Source: Chloroflexota bacterium | Lineage (GTDB): Bacteria; Chloroflexota; UBA11872; VXOZ01 | Assembly (NCBI GenBank): GCA_965221905.1 | Contig: OZ244922.1 | Location: 1,824,001-1,888,000, forward strand | DNA: 64,000 nucleotides | Direction of reading: 5' to 3' | Shown: piece after piece, positions 48,133-58,607 of the stretch | Numbering within the stretch: position 1 is the stretch's first letter | Layout of the letters: every line of letters begins with the position of its first letter | Translations under genes and position numbers: made by a program | The notes under the pieces: model-generated | The model's database searches: none | What the model saw: only the letters and a program-made list of their open reading frames with translations | Told to the model about the DNA's origin: nothing

Positions 48133-48840
48133 ATGACTGAGAATACGCCAAAAGCGCTCGTCGCTGAATTCATTGGGACGTTTTGTTTCTTCTTCATCGG
48201 GGCAGGCGCGATCATCACCGATGCCTTCATTGTCTCACGCGGCGGTGACGGACCGGGGTTGGTTGCAATTGCACTCGCCCACGGCCTGGCGCTCGCCATC
48301 ATGGTAACCGCGTTCGGCCACATTTCCGGAGGGCACTTCAATCCGGCCGTGACCGTAGCGGCTTTCGTGGGCCGTCAGATAGATATTCTACACGGTGTGC
48401 TCTACATTATCGCCCAACTGGTTGCAGCCGTGCTGGCGGGATTCGCCCTGCGCGCGGTCTTTCCCACCGATGTCTGGCAATCTGTCAATCTCGGAACGCC
48501 GGCAGTGGCAGCAGACATATCGTTCGGTACCGCCGTTCTCATCGAAGCCATCCTTACGTTCATTCTGGTGATCGCAGTTTTTGGCACCGCCATGGACCCG
48601 CGCGCTGCCAAGGTGGGCGGCTTTGCAATCGGCCTTACCATTTCGGCTGACATTCTGATTGGCGGCCCGCTCACCGGCGCCTCGATGAACCCGGCGCGCA
48701 CGTTTGGCCCGGCAGTAGCCGCGAACTTCTGGGAAAACCATCTCGTCTACTGGATTGGCCCGCTATGCGGCGCGATCATCGCCGGCTTGGTCTATGGCTG
48801 GTATCTCATGGACAAGAAGCAGGATGAAGAAGCTGCGTAG
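48133..48840 (+). CDS. Aquaporin (MIP family channel)
   Basis: AEFIGT, SGGHFNPAVT, GASMNPART; six TM helices. Confidence 0.95.
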   Translation: MTENTPKALVAEFIGTFCFFFIGAGAIITDAFIVSRGGDGPGLVAIALAHGLALAIMVTAFGHISGGHFNPAVTVAAFVGRQIDILHGVLYIIAQLVAAVLAGFALRAVFPTDVWQSVNLGTPAVAADISFGTAVLIEAILTFILVIAVFGTAMDPRAAKVGGFAIGLTISADILIGGPLTGASMNPARTFGPAVAANFWENHLVYWIGPLCGAIIAGLVYGWYLMDKKQDEEAA

Positions 48841-48921
48841 GCATGGAAGGCTGTTGTGGTAGAATTTTATCGAGCGACTTTGTGAAGCGCTGCACAAGCA
48901 GTCTTTTCCTAGGTACAGCCG

Positions 48922-50535
48922 TTGGCTAAGACTTATATAGAGGAATCTCCATCGGGGCAGGCGCAGTCCCAGCGACGCATCGTCATCTACGATACGACGC
49001 TGCGCGACGGTGCCCAAGCCGAGGGGCTCTCGTTCGCCGCCGCGGACAAGCTCAAGATTGCCCGCCGGCTGGATGAACTGGGCGTTCATTACCTGGAAGG
49101 CGGTTACCCGGGATCGAATCCGAAGGACCAGGAATTCTTCCGTTTGGCGCAGGAGTTCGATTGGAAGAACCTTACAATTACGGCCTTCGGTAGCACCCGA
49201 CATAAGTCTACGAGCGCTGAGAACGACGCTGGCGTGCGGGCGCTCATTGACACAGGCACCCGCGCGGTTTGCATCGTCGGCAAGTCGTGGGACCACCACG
49301 TCACAGCCGTGTTAGACACTACCCTTGAGAATAACCTGGCAATGATTCGCGAAACTATTGCCTACCTCAAGCGTCATGGCCGCGAGGTTTTCTTCGACGC
49401 GGAGCACTTTTTCGACGGCTACCGAGCCAGCCCGGAATATGCATTGTCTTCTCTGCGGGCCGCTCACGAGGCCGGGGCGGACTGCCTAGTGCTTTGCGAT
49501 ACGAATGGCGGAAACATTCCTGACGATATTGCGGACGTAACCCGCCGAGTCGTTGCCGAGTTCGACGTGCCCATCGGTATTCACGTGCACAATGACGCCG
49601 ACCTAGCCACCGCAAATACGTTGGCGGCAGTAGAGAGCGGAGCCTCTCACGTACAAGGGACGGTGAATGGAGTTGGGGAACGCTGTGGCAACGCAAATCT
49701 CTGCACAGTGATTCCCAATCTTCAAATCAAGCTGGGCTATACGGCAATTCAGCCTGATCAGTTGCAGCATCTCTCCGACGTGGCGCGATTCGTTAGTGAG
49801 ATCGCAAACATGGCGCTCAATCCGTTCATGCCCTATGTCGGACACTCCGCCTTTGCCCACAAGGCCGGCTATCATGCCGACGGCATGGCGAAGAGTCGAA
49901 TTGCCTACCAGCATATCGATCCGGCTGTCGTCGGCAACGAAATGCGTGTGCTCATCTCCGAGTTAAGCGGTCGGAGCAGCGTGCTCTCACGGGCCGAGCG
50001 TCTCGGCTTTCGCCTTTCGCGCCAGAGTGAAGACCTTCACGGCTTAGTAGAAGAGATCAAGGATCTGGAGCAGCGCGGTTTCCAGTTCGAAGGCGCTGAG
50101 GCTTCATTCGAGTTGCTCATCAAGCGACGCCAGCCGGACTACAGACCTCCGTTTACCCTCTTGGACTTCCTTGTCTTAGTTGAAACACGCGGCGGGCGGA
50201 GCATTCTCTCCGAAGCTACGGTCAAGATTCGCGTGGGCGATGAAGTGCAGCATACTGCCGCGGAAGGCAACGGGCCGGTGAACGCGTTGGATGCCGCGAT
50301 GCGTAAGGCGTTGGTTTCCGCCTACCCCCACCTCAAGCGGGTGCGGCTCTTGGACTATAAGGTGCGCGTACTCGACGAGAGCAGTGCTACTTCAGCAGGA
50401 GTGCGCGTAATGATCGAAAGCACCAACGGCCAAACCGAGTGGAGTACCGTGGGCAGTTCCACGAATATCATCGAAGCGAGCTACTCGGCGCTCGCGGACT
50501 CCTTGGAATACGCGATCCTCGTGACAGAATCGTAG
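48922..50535 (+). CDS. cimA: Citramalate synthase (DRE-TIM family)
   Basis: YDTTLRDGAQ.EG, GGYPGSNPKD, FDAEHFFDGY, H.HND, GERCGN, GFQFEGAEASFEL, GNGPVNALD, DYKVR. Confidence 0.85.
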   Translation: MAKTYIEESPSGQAQSQRRIVIYDTTLRDGAQAEGLSFAAADKLKIARRLDELGVHYLEGGYPGSNPKDQEFFRLAQEFDWKNLTITAFGSTRHKSTSAENDAGVRALIDTGTRAVCIVGKSWDHHVTAVLDTTLENNLAMIRETIAYLKRHGREVFFDAEHFFDGYRASPEYALSSLRAAHEAGADCLVLCDTNGGNIPDDIADVTRRVVAEFDVPIGIHVHNDADLATANTLAAVESGASHVQGTVNGVGERCGNANLCTVIPNLQIKLGYTAIQPDQLQHLSDVARFVSEIANMALNPFMPYVGHSAFAHKAGYHADGMAKSRIAYQHIDPAVVGNEMRVLISELSGRSSVLSRAERLGFRLSRQSEDLHGLVEEIKDLEQRGFQFEGAEASFELLIKRRQPDYRPPFTLLDFLVLVETRGGRSILSEATVKIRVGDEVQHTAAEGNGPVNALDAAMRKALVSAYPHLKRVRLLDYKVRVLDESSATSAGVRVMIESTNGQTEWSTVGSSTNIIEASYSALADSLEYAILVTES

Positions 50536-50556
50536 CGATAGTGCCGAGCAAGGTTA

Positions 50557-51222
50557 ATGTCGCGAATGCAGTTTCGGTGTTGTATCTTCGACTATGCCGG
50601 CACCCTGGTGGATTTGCGTCCGGCCATTGTCGAGGCTACGTTCGCCGCCGTGGAACAATGGGCTCCAGGCAATTTTTCTCGCGAACGTCTAACCGAAGAG
50701 CTTTCCGGCCCACTTGCAGACCCCTTTATCGCTGCTGCCGACGGACGCGATTCCCTAGCAAATGAAATGCGCCGGGTTTTCTTGGAGCATTGGGAAGCCC
50801 ACCGGCAGGAGTTAATTGCGCCATTTTGCGGTGTCGCCGACATGCTGGCCGCGCTGACTGATGTGGGAACGACCGTTGTGGTTACTTCCGGCAGCATGCG
50901 CGCTGCGGGAAGCAGCGAGTTGGAAGCCACCGGGCTTGCATCCTACGTAAGTACTGCGGTGTTTCAAGATGACGTTGCTCGGCCCAAGCCCTTTGCCGAC
51001 GCTGCGCTCCGAGCCCTTGAAGTAGTCAGCGCGTCCCCAGAGGAAACACTGCTGATAGGTGATAGTGACTTGGATATCCAGTGCGGCCGGTTGGCAGGTA
51101 TTAGCACCGGCGCTGCGCTCTGGGGCGCGTTAGATAGGGTGTCGTTGCTCGCAGAAGAGCCGGACTTTGCTCTTGAACACCCCTCTGAGGTGGTGGAAAT
51201 CGTACGAAAGGGTGTGAAGTAG
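50557..51222 (+). CDS. HAD family hydrolase (phosphoglycolate phosphatase-like)
   Basis: FDYAGTLVD (motif I variant lacking the second Asp), TS, KP, IGDSDLD. Confidence 0.8.
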   Translation: MSRMQFRCCIFDYAGTLVDLRPAIVEATFAAVEQWAPGNFSRERLTEELSGPLADPFIAAADGRDSLANEMRRVFLEHWEAHRQELIAPFCGVADMLAALTDVGTTVVVTSGSMRAAGSSELEATGLASYVSTAVFQDDVARPKPFADAALRALEVVSASPEETLLIGDSDLDIQCGRLAGISTGAALWGALDRVSLLAEEPDFALEHPSEVVEIVRKGVK

Positions 51223-51300
51223 CGCTTGCTCCGCTTAGGAATTGCGGCGGGGCGAAGGCCTTATCCTCACTTGGCAGCCACGCACCGCCAAAGTGCATGC

Positions 51301-52515
51301 CTACGTGGTTGCAGTGCTACTAACTTGCCGCATACGTTCCGTCCACTGCTCCGGCGCATTGATTTCATCCAGCGTAGGCATCGTGTGTTCGGATTCCCAC
51401 ACCTGATTGAGAAAGGGCATGCTCTCTTCAGCCACGACGTGGCGGACAAAGCGCTCCCCCAGACGGTATTGCGCAAGTTTGAGATCGAATCCCAGCAACC
51501 GCATAAGTGCCCGTTCCAATGAACCGCGCTTGCGCGCCTCAAGTCGCTGGCGCATAGCGGGAAATCCAGGGATGAGCTGCTCGCCCAATTCATCCATGAT
51601 GTAATTGCCGTAACCTTCCACGAGGCTCATGACGCCTTGCACGCGCACCAGCATTTCTCGCTGCTCCGGCGTGGTCAAGAGACCCATCAGCCCGCCTAGG
51701 CGCTCGCGACTGTCCTTCACTTCAGCACCGGGCAGGAGCATTGCGCGCAACGGCTGGCGCGACTCCCGGAGAAGCTCGCGGAAGCTCTCCACGTACGATT
51801 CGATAAGGCTTCCGAGATACTCGGCGAGCCACGGCGCTACTTGAAACTGAATAGCATGGGTGGTCTCATGGAGCGCGATCCACAGGCGGAAGGCGTCGGG
51901 CGGAATCTCGAGCCGGTGTTGCAGACGGCGGATATTCGGCTCGACAAAGTAGATGCGGCTGATTGATTCTGACGTAGGCGCACCCTCGGAAGCCGGCGGC
52001 GCCAGAAACGGCATGTCGAATTGGCCTAAGACGTGCCGCGAAAGAAAGCCGAGTACGATGCCCATTTGCGCGGAGAGCGTGAGTTGCATGCTCCCGTGCG
52101 CGAGCCGAAACAGCGTGCTGCTATTTGCCCCAATGCTGTCGACGTATACGTCTTCCAAAGGATGCAGCAGGCGTTGCACGGTGCTGAGATTGCGCTGGAC
52201 CCAGAGCGGGCGATCCAAAACCTCCACCTCGTGGCGGTCGGACATGGCGGAGAGCTGAATGAATGGAACGATTTGTTCGTGGCTGATCCGCACAAGGGCC
52301 TGATAGTCCGCGAGAAGCGCTTCTCGCGCGTGGGCGGGTAGCACGCTATCGGGGTTGCGCGCGGCGATGCGCAGGGCAATGCGCTCCGTACGTTGCCAGT
52401 CAATGATGTCCGGCTGCACGCGCGCGGCAAATCTGCGGGCAATTACATAGCCGCCGCTGAGAAGCAGGCCCAGTGCGACGCCAAACAAGGCCGCCTTTCG
52501 CTGATCGCGCATCAC
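51301..52515 (-). CDS. Zincin-like metallopeptidase (DUF2342 type) with N-terminal membrane anchor
   Basis: VLGQFD, V.PNI, WIALHETTH..QF, MSLVEGY, KLAQY..GE.F, P...EI..P..W. Confidence 0.8.
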   Translation of the reverse strand: MMRDQRKAALFGVALGLLLSGGYVIARRFAARVQPDIIDWQRTERIALRIAARNPDSVLPAHAREALLADYQALVRISHEQIVPFIQLSAMSDRHEVEVLDRPLWVQRNLSTVQRLLHPLEDVYVDSIGANSSTLFRLAHGSMQLTLSAQMGIVLGFLSRHVLGQFDMPFLAPPASEGAPTSESISRIYFVEPNIRRLQHRLEIPPDAFRLWIALHETTHAIQFQVAPWLAEYLGSLIESYVESFRELLRESRQPLRAMLLPGAEVKDSRERLGGLMGLLTTPEQREMLVRVQGVMSLVEGYGNYIMDELGEQLIPGFPAMRQRLEARKRGSLERALMRLLGFDLKLAQYRLGERFVRHVVAEESMPFLNQVWESEHTMPTLDEINAPEQWTERMRQVSSTATT

Positions 52516-52738
52516 CGGAACACCGCGAGCAGTGTGGATGTCATTTGCCGACTCATGTGGGGGCTAGATGCCAAACGGGGCCTCCTTCGTCCCTTTGCGC
52601 TTCCAAAATATAACATACCTGCGCTCAGCGCAGGTATGTTATTCCTCTCCCAACCGCCACCGGGCGTTCGATCTATCTCTGGGCTCTCGGCAAAAAGCGG
52701 TGGACTGTTTCACGTACCATTCCAACCATGATTGCGGT

Positions 52739-53008
52739 TCAAGTGGGCGTGGCGACGGTCTCCTTGCCGGAAGCAGCCTTTACCTTGGATGCCATCTCAC
52801 TGTCCGTGCCGGCCTCAACGGCAATCTGCATGAACTCTTCCGAGCTCATGCCCAGATCGCGGAGTACCTGCTGATCCATTGGGCACGGATAGATGTACTC
52901 GCCGATATAGCCGCCATGTTTGGCACGGGCTTTGTCAGCCATGCGGCCTACCCATTCAAGTCCGTCTACAACGAGTTCGCGTTCGCGCGGTTTCCATTCC
53001 TCTGCCAT
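52739..53008 (-). CDS. Small DUF5069-like protein
   Basis: PR....G..W..RM.DKARA...G.IGEYIYPCPMDQ; GGAGAG RBS. Confidence 0.65.
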   Translation of the reverse strand: MAEEWKPRERELVVDGLEWVGRMADKARAKHGGYIGEYIYPCPMDQQVLRDLGMSSEEFMQIAVEAGTDSEMASKVKAASGKETVATPT

Positions 53009-53037
53009 CGGACTCTCCTTCCAGTCTACAATCCAAC

Positions 53038-54081
53038 CTATGACACGTGGGCAAATGCTGTGGCAATGAGCGAGCGTACCGGCTTTGCGGGTGTGTTAGC
53101 GGCCAGCGGGAAGAGCGCCAATCGCAGCGCCTGTTCAAGTCTTTGCCTCAGCACGATACTGTTGGATTCGTACGTTCCCAGCTTCCCGTCTAGGAGCAAG
53201 CGCAACACCTCACTCCACAACATTAGGTGATGCATATCTAGCTGCTCGTAATCAATGCATCCGCTTCCAACGTACCACTGCTCTTCACCATGGGTCAAGA
53301 GGGAGTGTAACGGTGTTTCAGGCGCGCGAACGGCCACCATCGCGGCGTACTGCGCCAGGCGTGATTCCGGCCAATCGAGACCGACCACGGCAAAGTCGAC
53401 GAACCAAAGTGCCGCGTCTGCCGAAAGCACATTGTTAGGCGTGCAATCGCGACCACCAAACGTCAGTCGACCGGAGCACAGGGATTCAGCCAACGCTGTC
53501 CACGTCTCATGCAGGTTTGTTGCCCAGTCCTGCGGCGCCAAAAGATCGCAATAGGCCGCGAGCCGCAGGAGAGTCTCGGGGGCCTGGCGGCAGCGGGCGC
53601 GCACCTCCGCATGGCGTCGTTGCCGTTCGCCGGTGCCGTGAAGCGCAAGTCGGTCGGCCATCCCTTGAAACGCTGTCTCCAGGGAATTACAGCCCTTCAG
53701 CAAGTTCTTTGCCAGTCGCCGCAATTCTTCTGTGTGCCGGGTAGGGTCTAGGTGTGCTTCATGTATCGCCGCTGCAAGCGTGCGCTGCCCCACCCACTCA
53801 GTGATCAATATGCGCTGCTGCGGAATCCACTGCAATGGTCGTGGAACCGGCGTGCCAAGTTGGTAGAGCATTTGCAGCACACCGAACTCGACCTCTCCCG
53901 CTCCGGCGTGCGCATGGCGTTTGACGGCAACGTGCTCACCGGATGAAAGAACTGAATGCCACACTGCCGCCCCTTGGGCGCCGCCTCCGTCTACGGGATG
54001 CAGTGTGTGCACCGGCCCAATCGCTGCTTCAAGCCGGTTCAGCAATATTTGGCCGATCTCACTGTTATTTATCTGAGCCAC
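53038..54081 (-). CDS. Phosphotransferase/APH-like kinase-fold protein
   Basis: VAVK, E..VL, PVPRPL, ITEW, RDCTPNNVL, FVDF. Confidence 0.6.
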   Translation of the reverse strand: MAQINNSEIGQILLNRLEAAIGPVHTLHPVDGGGAQGAAVWHSVLSSGEHVAVKRHAHAGAGEVEFGVLQMLYQLGTPVPRPLQWIPQQRILITEWVGQRTLAAAIHEAHLDPTRHTEELRRLAKNLLKGCNSLETAFQGMADRLALHGTGERQRRHAEVRARCRQAPETLLRLAAYCDLLAPQDWATNLHETWTALAESLCSGRLTFGGRDCTPNNVLSADAALWFVDFAVVGLDWPESRLAQYAAMVAVRAPETPLHSLLTHGEEQWYVGSGCIDYEQLDMHHLMLWSEVLRLLLDGKLGTYESNSIVLRQRLEQALRLALFPLAANTPAKPVRSLIATAFAHVS

Positions 54082-54279
54082 AGTAATTCATTTCCTTGCA
54101 TACGAGTACTGCGGTATTGCCAACCAAGAGTTTCTCCGAGTGAGAAGACATCGTAGGAGAGATCCAAGAACTGAGCAGAGAGTTCCATGCCTTTTGTTCG
54201 CAGCATTTGGCCTATGGTATCATCACAGTGATGAATGGGGCGGAAGCGAGCAGGCACGAAGCGAGTGTAGGGCTGGATC

Positions 54280-55743
54280 ATGGACACACGTGAACTGGTT
54301 TACCGCTTGCAGTCCATCGTCGGCGAAAACCACGTGGTGTTCCGTCCTGAAGACCTCATTGTCTTTGAGCGCGATGCTTCAATGGACGTTCAGCTTCCTG
54401 CCGCCGTCGTTTTCCCCCGTACCACCGCTGAAGTCAGCGGGATCCTGGCGGTAGCAAGCGAGTTGAAAGTGCCGGTGGTGCCCAAGGGGGCCGGCACCGG
54501 CTTGTCCGGCGGAGCCGTGCCGGAAGAAGACGGTATCTTACTCTCCGTCAGCCGCATGCGGAATATTCTCGAGATCGATGAGGAGAACCGCACTGCATTG
54601 GTGGAGCCGGGTGTTGTTAACTTAGAACTCTCTGACGAGATAGCCCACCTTGGCTTGTACTACGCGCCCGATCCATCGAGCCAGAAGGCCTGCACGCTTG
54701 GCGGCAACGTTGCGGAGAACTCAGGCGGAGCGCATTGCTTGCGCTACGGATGTACCATCAATCATATATTAGGACTTGAAGTGGTCATTCCAGGTGGCGA
54801 AGTCGCCTGGATCGGCGGGAAGGCCCCCGATGCGCCGGGCTACGATCTGATGAGCGCGGTCATTGGCTCCGAAGGCACGATGGGCGTGGTGACCAAGATT
54901 CTGGTCAAGCTCTTGCCGCTCCCAGAGTCAGTCGAGACATATCTCGCTATTTTCGAAAGCGTGCCCGACGCGTGCGAGGCTGTCTCTGCCATCATTGGTA
55001 ACGGCATCATTCCTGCTGCCTTGGAGATCATGGACCAGGTAGTTACCAAGGCCATAGAGGAGGCCCACCACGTCGGCTATCCCTCCGACGCCGGCGCTGT
55101 TCTCATCATCGAGATTGACGGGATGCAGGAAGAACTCGATGAGCAACGCGACGCGATTCTAAGCCTCTGCCGCGAAGCACGGGCCCGTGAAATCAGAGTG
55201 GCACAGACGGCCGCGGAGCGCGAGACTATATGGGCCGGACGGAAAGGGGCTATTGGCGCGCTAGGCAGGCTGGCGCCGAACTACTACATCCAAGATTGCG
55301 TCGTGCCGCGCACGAAGCTACCGGAGATCATGCGCTTTGTGGAAGACGTGGCCGCGCGCTATGACATAATCATTGCCAACGTGTTCCATGCCGGTGACGG
55401 AAACTTGCATCCGAATCTGCTCTTCGACGTGCGCGATAGCGACCAAGTGCAGCGCGTAATTGCCGCGGGTGAAGAGATCATTCGGGCATGCATCGACGCC
55501 GGTGGGTCACTCTCGGGAGAACACGGCATCGGCACGGAGAAGCAAGAGTACATGGGCTGGCTTTACAGTGAGGCGGACTTGGCGGCAATGCGCAAGCTCA
55601 AACGCGCATTCGATCCCGATTGGCTCTTCAACCCTACGAAGGTGTTCCCCACCGGGAAAGGCCCGCACGCGGCGAATATTCACATTGGCAAGGCCCCGGC
55701 GTCTATTACGAATTCAGCCCACTCTACCGCGGTCTGGAAGTAG
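54280..55743 (+). CDS. glcD: FAD-linked 2-hydroxyacid oxidase subunit (GlcD-like)
   Basis: GAGTGLSGG, PDPSS, GGNVAENSGG, GSEGTMG, HAGDGNLHP, GEHGIG. Confidence 0.88.
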   Translation: MDTRELVYRLQSIVGENHVVFRPEDLIVFERDASMDVQLPAAVVFPRTTAEVSGILAVASELKVPVVPKGAGTGLSGGAVPEEDGILLSVSRMRNILEIDEENRTALVEPGVVNLELSDEIAHLGLYYAPDPSSQKACTLGGNVAENSGGAHCLRYGCTINHILGLEVVIPGGEVAWIGGKAPDAPGYDLMSAVIGSEGTMGVVTKILVKLLPLPESVETYLAIFESVPDACEAVSAIIGNGIIPAALEIMDQVVTKAIEEAHHVGYPSDAGAVLIIEIDGMQEELDEQRDAILSLCREARAREIRVAQTAAERETIWAGRKGAIGALGRLAPNYYIQDCVVPRTKLPEIMRFVEDVAARYDIIIANVFHAGDGNLHPNLLFDVRDSDQVQRVIAAGEEIIRACIDAGGSLSGEHGIGTEKQEYMGWLYSEADLAAMRKLKRAFDPDWLFNPTKVFPTGKGPHAANIHIGKAPASITNSAHSTAVWK

Positions 55744-55757
55744 GATGCAGATACGCT

Positions 55758-57092
55758 TTGCTGACTGAGACGCTCCACACCCAGCTTGCTGAAGTCGCTT
55801 CGCAAGAGGCGATCACGCATGAGACTCCTACCGTGGACGGCAAGCAACCTGCGCTTGGCGTTGCGCCCCGATCGGTTCCTGAATTGGCCGCGGTAGTTAC
55901 TGAGTTGCACCAGGCGGAATCAGCGACCATCCTCGTCGGCGGCGGCACGATGCTCGATTTGGGCAAGCCTCCCACTGCCGCGGAGGTTGCTCTCTGCACC
56001 GGCAGCCTCAACCACATTACGGAGTATCAACCCGCCGATCTTATAGTGACTGCGCAGGCGGGCGTGACCCTGGCCAACCTTCAAGAGACTCTACGCGAAC
56101 ACGATCAGACGCTGCCGCTAGAGGTGCCGTGCCCTGATCGAGCAACTGTTGGGGGCGCTGTGGCGGCGAATACCCATGGGCCGTTGCGGTATACATTTGG
56201 CACGGCCAAGGACCTTGTCATGGGGATGCAATTCGTCCAGGGAGACGGCACGCTGGTCAAGAGCGGCGGCGAAGTTGTAAAGAATGTGGCCGGATTCGGC
56301 TTGCACAAGTTGCACGTCGGCGCTCTCGGTACGCTGGGAGTGATCGCCACGACAACATTCAAAGTGTATCCCCTGCCCAAAGCGGATCAGTCCCTCATAT
56401 TCACGTTTGAAGATGCCGACGCGGCCTTTGCGGCTGCACACGCCATGCGCCCGCACCATCCGTCGTCAGCAGTGGTCGGCAATACGGTCGCTCAGCAATG
56501 CTTATTTGGCGCGGTTCGTGGCGGCCACGTGCTCCTCGTGCGCTTCATGGGCGCAGAACGGGCCGTCGCGCGGCAAGTGCGGGATGCAGCGGGAGCGGAA
56601 GCGGGCGCATATACTACTGAGGCTGTTAGCAGGGCGGACAGTGTTCTCCTGTGGCAACAGTGTGTGGACTTGGGGTCGGATAGTGCCCCGAAGAATATCC
56701 TGTTCAAGGCGAGTGCTGTGCCAACGGAAATGCGGCACGTCTATGCGGACCTCTTACGGTCCGCAGAGCCTCTAGAGGGAGAAGCGGGAATTGTGGCCGA
56801 TCCTCTCAATGGCTCCTTAAGGTGTGGAATTCGCTTGGCGGATGGACAGAATCATGGATCTTCTGTACAGACGTCGACTTTGGCCCAGCTTCTCAGTTTT
56901 CTGCAGAATGCCCGGGCAGTGAGCCAGGAACATGGCGGCAGTCTCGTGCTGCAACGGGGTTCACTAGCAGTCAAGACTGCTTTTGACGTTTGGGGGCCCG
57001 ATCCACAGGGACTGGGCGTAATGCACAGCCTAAAGCGGACCTTAGATCCCCGCAACATACTCAATCCCGGCCGCTTTGTCGGTGAGATTTAG
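55758..57092 (+). CDS. glcE: FAD-binding subunit (GlcE-like)
   Basis: EYQPADL, ATVGG.VA, GP.R, GG.VVKNVAG, G..GTLG, DP..ILNPGRF; start refined to TTG 55758. Confidence 0.85.
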   Translation: MLTETLHTQLAEVASQEAITHETPTVDGKQPALGVAPRSVPELAAVVTELHQAESATILVGGGTMLDLGKPPTAAEVALCTGSLNHITEYQPADLIVTAQAGVTLANLQETLREHDQTLPLEVPCPDRATVGGAVAANTHGPLRYTFGTAKDLVMGMQFVQGDGTLVKSGGEVVKNVAGFGLHKLHVGALGTLGVIATTTFKVYPLPKADQSLIFTFEDADAAFAAAHAMRPHHPSSAVVGNTVAQQCLFGAVRGGHVLLVRFMGAERAVARQVRDAAGAEAGAYTTEAVSRADSVLLWQQCVDLGSDSAPKNILFKASAVPTEMRHVYADLLRSAEPLEGEAGIVADPLNGSLRCGIRLADGQNHGSSVQTSTLAQLLSFLQNARAVSQEHGGSLVLQRGSLAVKTAFDVWGPDPQGLGVMHSLKRTLDPRNILNPGRFVGEI

Positions 57093-57128
57093 AAGCAGGT
57101 GTTTCCACCGTGAGCGAGCAAAACTAAC

Positions 57129-58490
57129 GTGAAAACCGATGTCGGTCAACCAGGGCTCGTAATTCCTGAGGGTGAGAACGAGCGGGTCCGCTTCGAGGGT
57201 CTCACGGATGAGGACCTGGCCCAATGCGTGCACTGCGGGCTCTGTCTCAATGCGTGCCCGACCTATCGCGAGACCGGCCTTGAGATGGAAAGTCCGCGGG
57301 GCCGTATCTATCTTGCGAAGGCAGCCAAGGAAGAGCGCATTCCGATCAATGATACGTTTCTGAAGCACATATTCCTCTGCCTCGATTGTCGTGCGTGCGA
57401 GACAGCCTGCCCATCCGGCGTTCAATATGGCAAGATTATCGAAGCCGCGCGCGGAGAAGCAATCCGGGTCCGGCCCGGCGGCGCGATCCCTCGCTTCTTG
57501 CGCTGGTTAATTTTCAAGCAGCTTTTTCCGTTTCCCGGCCGCCTGAACTTTGCCGCCAAGCTCATTCGTTTCTACCAGTCATCCGGTATGCAGGCGCTCA
57601 TTCGCCGCAGCGGTGTCCTGAAGCTCTTCGGTCAATTTGGTCGCGCGGAAGCACTGTTGCCTAGGCTGTCCGATAAGTTCTACGGCGCCCAGGAAGTGGA
57701 AGTTGTGCCCGCGCGCGGCCAGACCAAACGCCGCGTGGGATTCATAACGGGCTGTATCATGCCTTATTTCTTTGGTGAAACGAACCGGGCAACGGTAAGT
57801 GTGCTCACGCGCAATGGGTGTGAGGTCGTAATCCCCAAGGCGCAGCGTTGCTGTGGCGCTTTGGGCGTCCACGCCGGGGCTCGTGAAACAGCGAAAGACC
57901 TCGCTCGAGGCAACATTGACGCATTTGAGCCGTACAATCTGGACGTCATCATCAGCAATGCGGCTGGGTGCGGCACGGCGTTGAAGGAATACCACGTCTT
58001 GCTGGAGAACGATTCCAACTACGCGGTGCGCGCGCGCGATTTCTCGGAAAGAGTGAAGGACATCAGCGAGTTCTTAGCTGGTATTGAGATAGATGCTTCT
58101 TTTGGACCGGTGAACAAGCGCGTGACCTATCAGGATGCATGTCACCTGGCGCACGGGCAGCGTGTGCGCGCGCAGCCGCGCGCTCTGTTGCAATCAATTC
58201 CGGGGTTGGAGTTTGTAGAAATGAAGAATTCCGATCATTGTTGCGGCAGCGCCGGTGTCTACAACATCGTCCAGGCAGACATGGCGCAGCGGGTCGTCGC
58301 GCCCAAAGTCAAGAATATTGCGGCTACCGAGGCCGATTACGTGGCTGTGGGCAATCCCGGTTGTATGTTGCAGATGGACAACGCCTTGGCTGCAGAGGGT
58401 GTTGCCACACGGTCTATCCATACTATGGAACTGCTTGAGCAGGCCTATCAGGCGGCAGAAAGCAACGGCCGCGGCGACGCCAATACCTAG
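57129..58490 (+). CDS. glcF: Fe-S subunit with two [4Fe-4S] motifs and two CCG domains (GlcF-like)
   Basis: CVHCGLCLNACPTY, ESPRGR, CLDCRACETACPSGV, CCGA, AAGC, DACHL.H.Q, CCGSAG.YN, NPGC. Confidence 0.88.
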   Translation: MKTDVGQPGLVIPEGENERVRFEGLTDEDLAQCVHCGLCLNACPTYRETGLEMESPRGRIYLAKAAKEERIPINDTFLKHIFLCLDCRACETACPSGVQYGKIIEAARGEAIRVRPGGAIPRFLRWLIFKQLFPFPGRLNFAAKLIRFYQSSGMQALIRRSGVLKLFGQFGRAEALLPRLSDKFYGAQEVEVVPARGQTKRRVGFITGCIMPYFFGETNRATVSVLTRNGCEVVIPKAQRCCGALGVHAGARETAKDLARGNIDAFEPYNLDVIISNAAGCGTALKEYHVLLENDSNYAVRARDFSERVKDISEFLAGIEIDASFGPVNKRVTYQDACHLAHGQRVRAQPRALLQSIPGLEFVEMKNSDHCCGSAGVYNIVQADMAQRVVAPKVKNIAATEADYVAVGNPGCMLQMDNALAAEGVATRSIHTMELLEQAYQAAESNGRGDANT

Positions 58491-58607
58491 GCGCTCCCTT
58501 GGTTTGGCGTGCCTGCGAGCAAGAGGCAACGCCGATCTGCATTTGAGAATTATCAAGTACGAGCAACTATCGAAGACCAGAGAGATATCAGGAAGGAGTC
58601 CTGCGAA

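Noticed and set aside
52568-53230. 220-aa plus-strand ORF
   Set aside because: Overlaps the better-supported DUF5069-like and kinase genes on the opposite strand.
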